This document shows, one piece after another, positions 12,655 through 25,500 of a stretch of DNA of 64,000 bases; position 1 is the stretch's first letter, and the number at the start of each line of letters is the position of its first letter. The position numbers and the translations under genes are program-made. Below the pieces are notes generated by a model. The model did not search any database. It was not told where the DNA came from and saw only the letters and a program-made list of their open reading frames with translations. The stretch is from the NCBI GenBank assembly GCA_004764695.1, contig SMSO01000025.1, positions 868,001 through 932,000 on the forward strand. Reading direction: 5' to 3'. This DNA is from Schizochytrium sp. TIO01. Its lineage: Eukaryota; Protista; Bigyra: Labyrinthulomycetes.

Positions 12655-14259
12655 ATGGACAATGAAAGGAAGGAGATATTGGTGGAGAATGTGTGGTGTA
12701 GGCAGGTTTTAGGGAGATGGTGGAGCTTTAAAGCACTCTGGTTTGGATTGGTTATGTTCGCAAGCAGTGCCATGAACTCACTCTTCGTGACGTACTACCT
12801 TGATTTATACATGAACGTCGTACAACTTGAAGCGCATGCTTTTTACTGTGGCCAGGTAATCTTCATGATTTGGAATGCAACAAATGACCCCGTGATTGGC
12901 TGGATTTCTGATCGAGCTAAATTGTATCAAGAGGGTCCCAATGACCCTGTAGCCAGACGCCTCGCCGTTATTTGGTGGTGCGGTATCTTCTGGGCAATTG
13001 CTTTTTGCGTCGTTTGGACGCCCCCTCTGGAGGCCTCGGCAAGCTGGTGTGGAGCTTACTTTGCGTTTGCACTCTGCTTTTATGATGGGATGCTCACAGC
13101 AGTTGAAGTAAACCACTCTGCTCTACTCGCCGATATTAGTACAGATGATGCGGAGCGTGCCACAATGAATGCTTACTCTGGAATTTTTGCCGGAGCAGGG
13201 TCTTTAACTTCACTCATAGGACATACATATTGGTCGCGCAGCTCTCAAACGATTGGCAACTTTCAAGCAGTCATGGTTCTTGTCGCAGTCCTGTCCGCAT
13301 TTGCCATACATATGGCTTGTAGAGGTTTGCGCAAAGCGTATTATGAAATGAGGCATTCATCCTTGGAAAGCTATTCGAGGGCGAGTCGTGATGACACTCC
13401 AGCGGGATGCATAGCTTGTGGAACTACTCCCAGCACTGTTTCAGTAGATCCTATTCGTAAGGATGGTTTGTATGAAAACCGCCGCCGCCGCCAAGAAGAA
13501 GAAGAAGAAGAAGAAGAAGATAATCGATTCCATGTGATGATATCTTTCATCCGCCAACTTACTCAGCAGCGAAACTTTTGGTCATTTCAGCTTTTGTACT
13601 TCATCCAAGTTTTTGATTGTACCTTTGAAAAGAATCACTTTAGCATCTTTCTTGATGGTCTAGTTGGGGAGATTTTACCTGCTTCGATTCTTGGAGCTAT
13701 TGTGAGTGCGTCATTTCTACTTCCATGGATTGGAATGATTCTACTTACACCATTAATTCAGGAGCACGGTCTGTATGTTGTTGTTCGTGGCATACTTTTG
13801 GCACGGTTAGTCTGGTGTGTATTGTCTGCGGCCATCGGTTCTAGCTCGGCGTCGCCGTTTTTCGCTACATGGTTCCTTTTGACAAATCGTGTTATGTCAG
13901 AAGCTGTTTGTAGAGTCTGTCCATTGATTATAACAGATCTTGTTGACGAAGACAAATTTCTACACAATCGTAAGACATCAGTCAGTGCTACGATTGTAGG
14001 GGCATCTACATTTATGGGGAAACTCTCCCAATCATTTGCCCCGATGCTTGGTTTTTATGTTCTTCAAGCAGACGACACGAAGACAAAACCTTCAGGATTT
14101 GTTGATCTAAGTCAGAGGCCCCAGCTATACTTGCTTCTAATTCTCGTCCCATTGATATGCATCAGTCTGCAAAATTGTGTATGGGCCATGTACTCTCTTC
14201 ACGGTTCATATTTAAAAAAAGTCAAAGATCGAGGTGGATCTCGCGTTAACATTGTTTGA
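12655..14259 (+). CDS. MFSD13A: MFS (GPH/MFS_2-like) membrane protein, MFSD13A/TMEM180 family
   Basis: Multiple transmembrane segments. Motifs WNATNDPVIGWISD, YDGMLTAVEVNHSALLADI, NRVMSEAVC...TDLVDEDKFLHNRK, QSFAPMLG and W..YSLHG follow TMEM180/MFSD13A. Confidence 0.88.
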   Translation: MDNERKEILVENVWCRQVLGRWWSFKALWFGLVMFASSAMNSLFVTYYLDLYMNVVQLEAHAFYCGQVIFMIWNATNDPVIGWISDRAKLYQEGPNDPVARRLAVIWWCGIFWAIAFCVVWTPPLEASASWCGAYFAFALCFYDGMLTAVEVNHSALLADISTDDAERATMNAYSGIFAGAGSLTSLIGHTYWSRSSQTIGNFQAVMVLVAVLSAFAIHMACRGLRKAYYEMRHSSLESYSRASRDDTPAGCIACGTTPSTVSVDPIRKDGLYENRRRRQEEEEEEEEDNRFHVMISFIRQLTQQRNFWSFQLLYFIQVFDCTFEKNHFSIFLDGLVGEILPASILGAIVSASFLLPWIGMILLTPLIQEHGLYVVVRGILLARLVWCVLSAAIGSSSASPFFATWFLLTNRVMSEAVCRVCPLIITDLVDEDKFLHNRKTSVSATIVGASTFMGKLSQSFAPMLGFYVLQADDTKTKPSGFVDLSQRPQLYLLLILVPLICISLQNCVWAMYSLHGSYLKKVKDRGGSRVNIV

Positions 14260-17188
14260 TTGGAGCTAGTTTCTATATAATTGTATTTCACTTTCACTCA
14301 ATATATATATCAAGGGGCAAGTCATGTACCATTGATTGTTTCTACTCGTGTGAATCTCCTCTTTCATTTTGTCTTTTCGTGTTAATGAAGTTATCGCTTC
14401 CAACAGTTGGGCACAGTAAATGGTTTTGCACTTGGTTTTCAGGTCAACTTGATAGAAAAATAATTTCTCTACTGCATTATTTGTAAGCTTTTTAACTAAA
14501 ACTGAATATTTCATCAAAAACTAGACTCCATTTCTTTAGTTCAGGTCAAAGGGAACTCGCATCATGAATTATATTCTTGGCTTCCTTTCAGTTCTCTGCA
14601 TGGAATTCTAACAAGTACTCTTAATTTTCTAAGCTAAATCTGAACTATATCTGACAAGATATTTACATTCTAGTGAACTTTGCCAAATACAAACCCGGAT
14701 CATAAATCCGGTTTTCTAAGTTTTAGTTTCTTTCAAAGTAGAGTGGCACAAATACTTAACGCAGATACGATATTGCTCCAACGCATCAGTGAGGTACCTT
14801 CGCAAACATACATACTCACTTTCCCTAAGTACAGAATCAAATTCCTGCGGAAATTTAGTACTCGGGAATTGGCAAACATCATACTAAGCAAATGTCGTAT
14901 TCCTTTTATGTCATATTTTCAAATTTAGGGGTAGAGCATATATTTTACAGAAGAAAACAGAAAGTATAATTTGGTATGGCTATCCAATACTGCCTACAAA
15001 GGCCTCTGCATTCAGTAAAAACTAAACTAAAATGCAGCACATTGATTTGCTGCAAATTTAGAGACTCCGCTCATGAAATTGATTTTCAATTCCCCTCCTT
15101 TCATATTATCATGCGTTGAGTTTTTTACCAATTAAGGTTTAATTGGTAGTGTACGTAGGCTGGTCTGTAGATCTACTCCGATTATGTATATAGGCATACT
15201 GAATTCTTCTCTTCTCTAAACTACGTTTCAATGGTTTACCTATTCAGTATTATGGCCTAACGGGTACTCTTTGTGTGGCAATCTTGGTTGCTTTATCTCT
15301 TGCTCTTTGGCTGCTGCCTTACACAACATACTTTTGCAAAATCAAACTTAATCGTCAACGTATCATTATAGAGACGCCAAGTGCTCTAAGCGGTGTGAGA
15401 AGGTGCGAAACAGGAAGTCTGGACTGATACATAAGCAAAGAAAGAAAGAGAAAAGAAAAGACTGTGGATGTATGGTGTCTAAGTCAAGTGTCGATGGGCG
15501 TTGTGCAGTAGATTAGTCCCCAGTCTTCCACTTAATGACCTTGCTAAGCACAGGAGATAAACCATCTCCGATGAGCGAGAGTCTATATAGCTTTAACGAG
15601 ATTTTGTTTAGAGTTTCAGCTTTCTTCCATGCCAAACCAAGCGCTCCATTCAAACATGGTTTGACATAGTAAGTTTTCTATGCAGTGCTGATATCTCTAA
15701 ATGAAGGAGGAGCTAGTGAACAAGACGCGGTCAGAGTTCTTTACGTCCTAATGTAAGCACTCAAGGACTTAAGACTGACATAGGAACAGAACTAGACACA
15801 CAGATACGTCGTGGTGAAGTCAAAATAGACGAGAACTAACAGTGTTCATATGTGTTTCCCGTTCGCTAGATAAAGTCAAGAATGGTAGAATCTAAGCTGA
15901 TAGTTAGAGAGACAACTCTATTCAACCTCTTTACTTGTGTCGAGTGCAGGTAAAGTATGTTTTCATCTTCTGGTTATAACATGAATCAATTTGCCTTGAA
16001 ATCCAATTCAGGGACAGCAGAATGCTCATTTTAAAAGCCACATATTACTAGGCTTTTGTTAAGTCTCTTACCTTAACCATTATAGCCTACCTCTAGCTGA
16101 CTAGATTAATTTCTCAGCATGCAGCTGGTAAATATGATTTAAATTCAAGCTTATACTTCCTCTGACACCTGAGAGTACTTTCAGTATTGAATAAAGAGCT
16201 GCCATTAGAAAACATCTTGTAGCTATAGAGGCAACCCTAACGTTCAATAATTACCATATGACCATTATCGCTTCGTAAATATTTTAAAATTATGACAGCG
16301 AGGAGGTTTTTCAGCACTTTGCCTCACAATCATTTTGTAAGGTTTTTTAGCTCTCAGCTCATATATATAAATAATCTGAAAACCTGGTAGTAGAATAATA
16401 GCAACATCATTATCAGAGTCATAATAATTAACATGACAAAGCTTGGGCTAACACAGATGACTATGCAATTATCTTTTTTCGTAAGGACATTTTAGACATC
16501 CTCTAGAGAACATAAGTTAATGTCAAAGTGTTCCAATTCGATAATGAAAATAATTAACCAAACTGATGGTAAGGAACCTCTTAATACTGATTGTTAACAC
16601 AGTCAGCCCATTTTAAAGAATCTAAGAAAATGGCAGCAGTTGTAGCTTATCAATGAGAGATATTGACTAGTTACAGGCTAGTCCTGATGTTCTTTCTACA
16701 CTGGAAAAATCTCAATTCAAAACAAATTGAAGAATAATGAAAGAACTCTCATTAAAATCCTCTGACTTGAACTTTCAAGTGTTTTGGTCTAAACGAATAT
16801 TGCTCATGAGTAGGCGGTATGTAGAAACTGAATATGCCTCCTCTCTCTCTCTCCCTCTTATACATATATAAATAGGTGTAAGGGAAGATTAGCATAGTTG
16901 ATTTTAAGTTCTTCCTCCAAAGATTCAAGATACAAAGGAACAACTAAAATAATCTCAGCAAGTTTAAATGTCTAGGTGAAGAAGACTGTAAGAGGCAAAG
17001 ACAATTTGTTCTCTGAACAAAACATTTTACTTTTGCCTGTTATTGTGCCAAAAATAAATTGATCTTCAAACTAACAATTGTAATATAAGGATATTGGGAC
17101 CTTGAAGAAACATATTCATTAGGTACTATTCAGAGGCTAATCCTATCAACCCTACAAATCGAGGTGATTTTTTAAAATGCTTTTTCAG

Positions 17189-18113
17189 GTATCTATGAAA
17201 CCTCACACCTTATATAACTCCCAAATGTTTTTGTTTTTTTCCCTTTTAAAGTATGATATGTTATAATTATTTAGGTCTTTGTAAAGATACTGGAGGCTCG
17301 GTAAAAAAAATGGCACGCTTAAGGAACCATCAAGCTCCAAACACAACAAGTGAAGCAAACCTTCAATACAAGCCAGCAAAGCACTTCAACCGGAAGTCTG
17401 GCGTCTCAGCAAATGCCGTGCAGGCGCTTTCTGGGAGCGATCGTATATACGCAAGTGACAACGTTGAGTGCATCTATGGCTGTGGTTTGCTCCGGCGGCC
17501 GTAAGAAATGCAGCGCTGACCGTACCATTATCTATGCCAGAGTGTCCTCCGCCAGCAAAACAAGAATTTCAAACTCCAGTTTGGGGACCTCCAGCGTGCC
17601 TATCCAGACGCTTCCAACATCTACGAAGACATCGTTGGAGGGTTCAACTTCAAAAGGCCAAACTTGCGCGCTCTACTGGACTGCCGGGATTCGCTGCAAG
17701 CTTGTACCATGAAAACTACCGTGTTATCCTTCTGCCTAAATTTGAAACCTCAAAAAGTTAACAAAGATGAATCAAAATCAGGACAGCTCGAATGACGTGT
17801 CGTTCGTTGGCTTGTGACTAGCGCTCATCTACAAAGCCGCGCCTCCCCCCTGCCAGTGGTGTAAGCTGGTCATTTGCCGAGAGAATTGTACTGTCAAAAT
17901 ATGTAATGAATGTGGCACCTAGCATTCACAACAAGCCCGGAACATCCACCCCCCCCAAAATGAGAACATGTAGCCAATCGTGATATCCACACCGCCAGAT
18001 GCAACCGCTTGCGCTACTTGTCCAAGGACATTATTCAACATTTGTAATAATTAACTCGCGCTTGGGCCTTAGTCAGGTCAGCATAGGAAATGCAAGTGTT
18101 GCAAAATTTTGCA
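17189..18113 (+). mobile_element. Non-autonomous IS607/Fanzor2-derived element, copy 3
   Basis: ATG at 17310 gives MARLRNHQ..QYKPAKHFNRKSGVS, then TIIYARVSS and DIVGGFNFKRPNLRALLD (ends about 17681). It continues SLYHENYRVILLPKFETSK, WCKLVICRENCTVKICNECG and ANRDIHTARCNRLRYL, with a stop at 18045-18047 and a conserved 3' block. Confidence 0.88.
18053..18106 (+). ncRNA. Candidate Fanzor omegaRNA scaffold remnant (copy 3)
   Basis: AACTCGCGCTTGGGCCTTAGTCAGGTCAGCATAGGAAATGCAAGTGTTGCAAA is homologous to 10075-10015 and lies downstream of the Fanzor stop. Confidence 0.4.
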
Positions 18114-19399
18114 CCTACCTGGAGAAGAAGAAGGAGAAGAATAGAAAACAAGAAAAAAGTATGTAGCAGATATGCTACATCAAAATGAAACACCAGGCAA
18201 GAAGCAGACTGCCACTTTCCAAAGGTGTTGCTATTAAACGCTCTCGAATGCACTGTGAATAACACATCATATTGCATGTTGTACCGGTTAGCGAGTTAAA
18301 CTTGACCAACTTGAACTACCACTCTCGCTACTTAGACGCAACTCCTATTTATCCTTTTTCTTTTGTTAAAAAGAAAAACTTCAATAGGACCTCAAGCCAA
18401 AACAATCACTTATTTACATTTCCGGCTACGCTTATCAATTATTTTAATTTGGGTACGACGCAATGCAACAGTACGATTGAACAATTTGCCAGTGATCTCA
18501 CAAGCTCGAGGTAATAAGTTCAAACCTTTTTTAGCGGATGAAACTCAAGCGAAAATAATCACTCATTATGTGACTCGAACCAGGCTGTCTTTTTCTTTCC
18601 TGAAAGCGAAACAAATGAGCGTGGGTGGTACTATTTGTATAATACTGCAGTCCAGACTCTTTTCTGTATTCCTAAAGTTTTCTCTATAAAACTTTTATAG
18701 TGTAGTTTTAACACTTAAACGTAATTTTGAGATAGCCTTTTACGGTCTTGTGTCAGTACTATTACTATGATTCTGCTTACTCTAGACGAGATACACCGAA
18801 TGAATGACCTGAGGCTGTGTGGAGTAGAAGCGAAACGACACTTTGGACACACGGACAGAAGGACATCTGCTCTCGGACTCACGGACTTGCCACAATGAAG
18901 TCACATAAGCACAATATTTAAGTTGTTGAGTGCTGTGAATGCTCTACGGGTATCCATGGAAGCCATAATGAAGGAAAACAGTGAAGGTACTGCAGATTGG
19001 ATGGAAAGTCTCAAGAGTTGTTTAAGAAGAACACGTATTAGTACTATTTCACTAAAGAAGCGTCGTACTTTTTAGAAGCTACGGAAGGTTATGAAGGGAG
19101 GTGGCAAGAGGCGAAGTACTGTACTTACAGAGCCTAGACAGAAATACATGGTCTGTTACCACTTTCTCAACGATATAGTAGGGGAGGGGACAAAACTCAG
19201 ATAAATTTATCTTATGCCTGGGAGACAAATGTAAGTGGCCTACTGCTGCTACCTGGTGACCTCTGGTAGAGTATTGACCTAAATTAGCAGTAACGAAATT
19301 AGCATCCTGCTTCACAACAAAATTTGTTCTGGGCGGGATTTAGCAATGCACTCGTAGAAGCAAGATGGTAGTTACAATAGTAGTAGCTGCTTTAAGGTT

Positions 19400-19455
19400 T
19401 CATTCCAATCTGATACTGACATTTGAGTGGAACTATTATTACCTGCTGAGTTGTT
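19400..19455 (+). repeat. 56-bp exact dispersed repeat (partner 22455-22510)
   Basis: TCATTCCAATCTGATACTGACATTTGAGTGGAACTATTATTACCTGCTGAGTTGTT occurs identically at both positions. Confidence 0.9.
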
Positions 19456-22454
19456 TAGGTTTAGGCCTACTTACGCTTAAGAGTCTGAGGCTAATTCTTT
19501 AAGTCTTTTTTTAACTTGGGTTGAGCCTAAGAATCACGTATGTAGGTGCATATTGCTCAGTATGGACTTATGATTTCGTGCTCAGTCACGGTGGTTAAAA
19601 AGAATAAACTACAAAACACTCTAAGCCATTCCATGAATTACGAAGAGTACTTCGATTGCACAAGGTCGACCATGTTACCGTTCGCACAGTGAGTTCGAAG
19701 ACACTCTCAAGGGGCTGGGCATTAACAGCCGTAAACAAGCTCAAATGCATTGGGGCCATATTGGGGTAAGGGAGTACTCAGAACGGACCAACAGCCAACT
19801 CATATGTTGTTCGGTAATCGCATATAGTCCCTGACTATTTTGATCATAGGCCTCAAGTTCTTGCTGTCTTTAAAAATTATGTTGAATTATATCTTAAAGA
19901 TGTACAGTACCTAGCGAAAAATGTATTTTTAAAGCTATAAGTAGGAGTTCTTGTACTTGAGTTACTCCAGAGCATAGGAAAACGGTGCTTTAATTTGTCA
20001 TAGTGCTTGAGATCAACAGTATCGTGGTTAGTCTTACAAATGTAGGAGGAGAATATCATTTTAAAAATGTATTCGTGGTCGGTCTTTATTTTATCCATAT
20101 TAGAAATTGTCCCAACAATAATGTAAATCTGTCAAAGTGATCTGTCAAAGAGCACATTTTTTAAATGCTAGTTAATAAAAGATTCGACTACGAAACGGGC
20201 CAAGTCATACACGGTTTATATGACAAGTGAAAGGATCTATAGGAGAAATGTCTCCAACTAGTAGGCCATGGGTAGTCAACGAAAATGCCTCCCCCTCATT
20301 TCTTTTTCTTTTAACAACATCCTTTTTCTTCGGATAGTGACAAGATGATGAACATTACCGGACGCGGTTCCATTTCCTCGTCTCACTAACTGCGGTATAT
20401 TGTACTATAAGTGGGAAACAGTTAAAAGCTAGAACCTACCAATTAGAACAGTAGCCAGTAGGATAGGTGCGGTTTGGGCATTATAGGGCTCAAGAAAACA
20501 GCTATTGTCGACTTCGCAAGTGCAGGACCAGGCCCCAGCTCAATGGCTTTCAGCTTTTGTCAGCCACACGGGATGCCAAAAGTAGTTCAGTTTTTATCTA
20601 AGTTTTCGACCCGAGGATGACATCAATGACTAGAACAGTCTCTCTCAGCTCCTAAGTCAAGTTGCGAGATGGAAGTGGGAGACCGAGATTTGTGATTGAG
20701 TACTGGTATGATAGGGACAGGCGAAATTGTTACATAAAATTACTTTTTTTTTCTTTTCTTTTTTCCATAAAGATAAATGAATAGAAAAGATAAGGCAAAA
20801 AACTTCAAGTTGCATGACAGAGTTTAGAATTGAAAAACTGTAAAGCTGCTCAACTCGTTGTGACCAATTGAGTCATAAATTATCCTGACTGCTATGGCAA
20901 ATCGTTTTCTTTCCCACTTCTATGCAACACAATCTGGTATTAGCCTAGAACTTCATCACTTCTACGCGGTACGAATACTTGTGTTGGGATGCAACTAAAG
21001 GCCATGTAGTCAAGATTCACCGAATTGTTCTGTTCGCGATTTAGTCGGGAAACAGGACAAACAAACAAGCACAGCCTGTTACAAGAAGTACTCCTGGCCT
21101 AAGTATATTGACCACAAGTGAGCCCAACGTGAAGCACTTGAGGCACAGGGGAAGACTCAGCGTAATATGTCGATATTAGCATGCTACCATAAATGAATGA
21201 TTATTTTGCCTTGAGTTTTGACCCATACCAAAAGGTTTAACTCATTACCTTTGACTAGTGAGAGTGATGCTACTGAGGATGTACTATACCATGAGAAATC
21301 CAGGGAGTACTCATTCCCTTTTAGCAGAAGGTCCTTCTCAGCTCTGTAAAGACCCAATTTGAAGGGTTTTCACTCTCCTGGTTAGGGTCTATTCCTGTAT
21401 TTATGCGGTAAATACTCAACTCAATTCTAAGACACAGTACCTATACTCCTACTAAATTTGGTACCTAGGTATAAATATAGGTACATACGTCTTTCTGAGG
21501 CAATGGAAATATATGTTAACTACAAGAAGAACATTCTACATTTTTCGTTAAGCAATAGATACCTGGTGCTACCATCACTCACTTTTGGTCTAGGCCACTT
21601 CTGGCGCATCAAAGGAAGGCTGGGCCACCGAAACTACGCTCATCCTGAGTTGTCTGTCGGAGCTTCGGAGGCAAACTTGAATCGAATATTTGTTAATTTT
21701 ACTTGACTAAATAATACTTGAATGCAGGTTCTATTCATAGCCCTCCCTTTTTCATTTTTATTTGAAACTTTTTTCAAATAGTTTAAAAAAAAGAAAAAGA
21801 AAAGGACGTACCATACATAACAACAGTTTTATTTATTTTCCTGAAAGGTTTAGAGTTAAGGTAGAAGGTCAAGCAAATGCACACCAGGACCTGTCGTGCT
21901 ATTGAGCGCATGCCTAGTGCTGAGCTACGTATATGTAGGTCAGTTGCCCTGAGGCTATTTGCTGCGGTCTGCTAGTGCTATGCAAGTGGGAATGAAAAAA
22001 GTCGATTCTACTGGTAGCTACCGCCTAGGTAGTACAAAACGAGACCTCTTTGGGTGGTTCTTGCATCTGAGTGATTTTGAAAACATCAAACTCTCTCTCT
22101 GTCTCTCTCTCTCTCTCTCTTTTGTTCACTGCTGACATTAACAACGAGAGGAACCTTAAAACGAACCTTTGATTCCATCTATCATGCTGAGGGCTGTAGG
22201 GACTGGGATGAGTAAATTGATTAAGCTTTGAGACCATACTTGGCCTTAGCTGTTCATGAAACTCATTCCTTTGTATGCTCGTTGATGTGGGCCTTATTCA
22301 TGGTCCACTTCCCCACAGACAATATTTAAATGTAGCATGTTTGCAATTTCAGGTTTTCAAGTTGTTTGTCCTTTTCTAACTCAACCATATACAGCAGCGA
22401 CATCATATTTTATCAGGTCGAGCAGCGCTCCCTAACTGTGTCCCAAAAGCATTC

Positions 22455-22510
22455 TCATTCCAATCTGATACTGACATTTGAGTGGAACTATTATTACCTG
22501 CTGAGTTGTT
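22455..22510 (+). repeat. 56-bp exact dispersed repeat (partner 19400-19455)
   Basis: Same 56-mer as 19400-19455. Confidence 0.9.
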
Positions 22511-25500
22511 CATCTTCAGCACTTTTCCTCTTACTTTTCTTTATGATCGTAGGTATGTAGGTAGAAATAAAATAATAAGAGATATGTCTATTTTCTATAA
22601 TTTCATAATATTAAACATTGAATGTTTACTTTACTTTTATGGCCTTCAAGTTATATTTTTCTTTTAATCGTTGCAATGGTCGTTGCATCGCCTGAATCAC
22701 TCATACCCACTATAAACATTGACGTGTCAGAAATAGATTAGCAGTTAAGCAGTTGCAAAATGGTTATAGCTAAAGCCTTCCCCAAGCCCGACCAATTTTT
22801 GCTGTTGGTCTTTGTTTTATTTCATAATTTTGACTTAGTAGTACCTTCGGATTGAATAGTAGGCTCGTCGTAGCAAAGTGGTTGAATATTCAACTGTATT
22901 GGTTAGATGCTTAAGCGCAGTATACAACTTCACCCCTTTGGCCGTGGACAAGCTTTAAACGTTATTTCATTCCATGGCAATCTTTCATCGACATTTTGAA
23001 AGAAAAACTACATTTTTTTGTCGTAAAATATATTTGGAAAATACTCTTGGTATGTTTTCAATTTTCATATTTAGTTTTCCTCATATTTGCGAAACGATAC
23101 AACTAGATGCCTCGCTCCTTTTTTGAAAAGGAGAAGTAATTGGAAGGGTCGAATACCAACATCGCCAACTAAGAACAACGTTTAAAAAAAATCAAAAAAT
23201 CATTAAGCTTCTGTATGTGATGTCTGCAATGTCTTTTTTTACTTGTTGCGCATAGTTGTGTTTGCTCTGCAAGATAGTTTGCTACATCAAAAGTGAACGT
23301 GCTGTATCCTAGATTGAAACTTCAGAACGCAAGCTAAAAAAGGAGACGAGAAAACGAACCCATTCATCGAGTGGAATCTTAAGGTTGCATTGTATTCACA
23401 TTGGATAGAAATTTAAACATAATTAAAGATAATTCTAACTATCTGCATGCTGAAAGTGGCCGCACGCCGTGGACTATGACTCTTTAAAACTTGCAAATCG
23501 TAAGCATTTTCAATGATCCCGACGTGACTAGGTCATTGAACACATTGCGCCCTTAAGAACTTGAAGTCGAGCTTTGAAAATTCTGACCGAGAAGTAGTTG
23601 AATGTCGAACGAGAGAAGCTTACGGAAATGGATGTTTTTATGCGTGATAAAGTCATCATGTGTTCTGTGAAGTAGGTTAATTCAGTGTTTTGTTAGAACA
23701 ATGCTGAGTTACGAACTTCACTTGACATAGCACTGGTTAGCGTGTCTGGTATATATCGAAGGGAAGAGGGGTTTAAGGAAATTTTGTTTTGAAGTCCATC
23801 AGGAATGAGGGATCCACTTACAGAGACTGGTTTGGAGTACGCACTCCTTTCCCCTTTGGGCAAGCAATTTGTGAAACAAACAGCAGCGCAATATTCTATC
23901 ATTGTACTACTCGGAGCTCTATATATTCCTACTTCTAACAAGTGAATCCTTTAGAGACTTTTGCCTAATCAAGTCATATTTCTCTTTTTTTAATATATCA
24001 TCTGCAATGACGGCTTTCAAATAACCTGGCATCGTTTTTGTCCTCGCCTTTCATCTTTCACTTTGCAGGGGGCATCCAACACCTTGGAACGGGCACTTTG
24101 TTGGAGCAAGAGAAGCAGCAGCAAAAGAGCTTATTCTGTTGGTGTTCACTTTTGTGCTGATATCTCATTTAGAAATAGACAAGCTCAAATTAAAACCAGC
24201 CTAAGTGATTCCCTCTGATGCAACCATCATGATGATCATATGTAGTACCCAAATTGGTCAGCTGGCTAGCTTGCTGGCGGTCTGGCTATATACTAGTACC
24301 TCTATGTATACATAATTGACTATTCAATTCGTGTGTGATGGAGAGACTAGTAATGAAGGCTTGTTTGATTCGCGGAGTCCGAACGGTGGATACCTACTTT
24401 GGCGGACGAGGTGGCTGGCGGCAAGGCGGTCTGGACGTTGCTGGCTATTTCCCCTATTCACCCAAGTGTTATATAATTATTTAAAAAACTTATTAACTTC
24501 ATGTGCCATACATATTTAATGTGGTATGTACATTCTGCCACGTGTGAAAAACCTGCTTGACATAGCGAGTAGACATCATGGCACGAGCCATGGTCGTACT
24601 TCTTGGACTAATTGCATTATGTCAGGATTCCTACTTGGTCAAATCGATAGTGCGATGTCTCTTCTCAGGTCTGGTCTCTTGACTTTATCTTTTACTTCTT
24701 CCGAGTCGTCTTCCTGCAAAACAAAAGTAAAGTTTTTCAACTCAGAATGCACTAATTTTTAATTAAATATCACATTTAGTAATAGTGGTATAGTTCCTAC
24801 TTATTTTGAAAATTCAGACTAAGGGACGAGATAGGGGAAAAGAGGTAAAGCCGTTTGCCCAATATAGTTGCTGGCTTCTTTGCTGCATACTACGTGCCTG
24901 TCTCATCGAAGAAGCTATTTTCTTACGTTGATGATCTGCTCTAAGTCCCTTTAAATCTTCCCTCATAGGAACTACTTATTGATTGCTTTAATCATAGATA
25001 TAATCAAATGAAATCATCATCCTTTATCTGATTTTTGAAGCGCTAGAAATGATCTTTGCTTGTGTAGCGATCCACAGCAAAATTTGGTATTTTACATGTG
25101 TATATTTCCAGACAAGACAAGTGGTTTATAAAAAAGATAAAACAGTGGCTACGTACAAAGTAATGCGCAATTCGTGATTTTCTTTATTTAAAACAAAAGA
25201 AGGAAAGATGCTGGAGATAGCGAACATGATATTATATATCATTTTAATGTGTTTAGCGGGTCTTGTAGCCACCTAATAGCATAATAACTAGGGGGCTCAT
25301 ATACACATCACTGCTCAGAGCGTAAACCTTTTTCTTTTCTTTTCTTTTCTTTTCCTTTTGAAGCTCATTTAAGAAACAGTTCATGCTGGGGGGTGGGGGT
25401 GGGGGGGCTCTCATTTACAAGCCCACGCGCATTCAAAAGTGAGCCGAGATAGGAGGCGAAACAACATAAAGAAAACAAAAAGCAGAACCCGGTGCTCAAA

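Noticed and set aside
18800-19310. Possible non-LTR retrotransposon relic (LGLTDL..ISTIFKLL..)
   Set aside because: No RT or endonuclease catalytic motif is visible, so the resemblance is too weak to call.
23300-23940. Possible ankyrin-repeat pseudogene (GRTPW.., LRTSLDIA)
   Set aside because: Only two short motif-like strings amid many stops, which could be chance.
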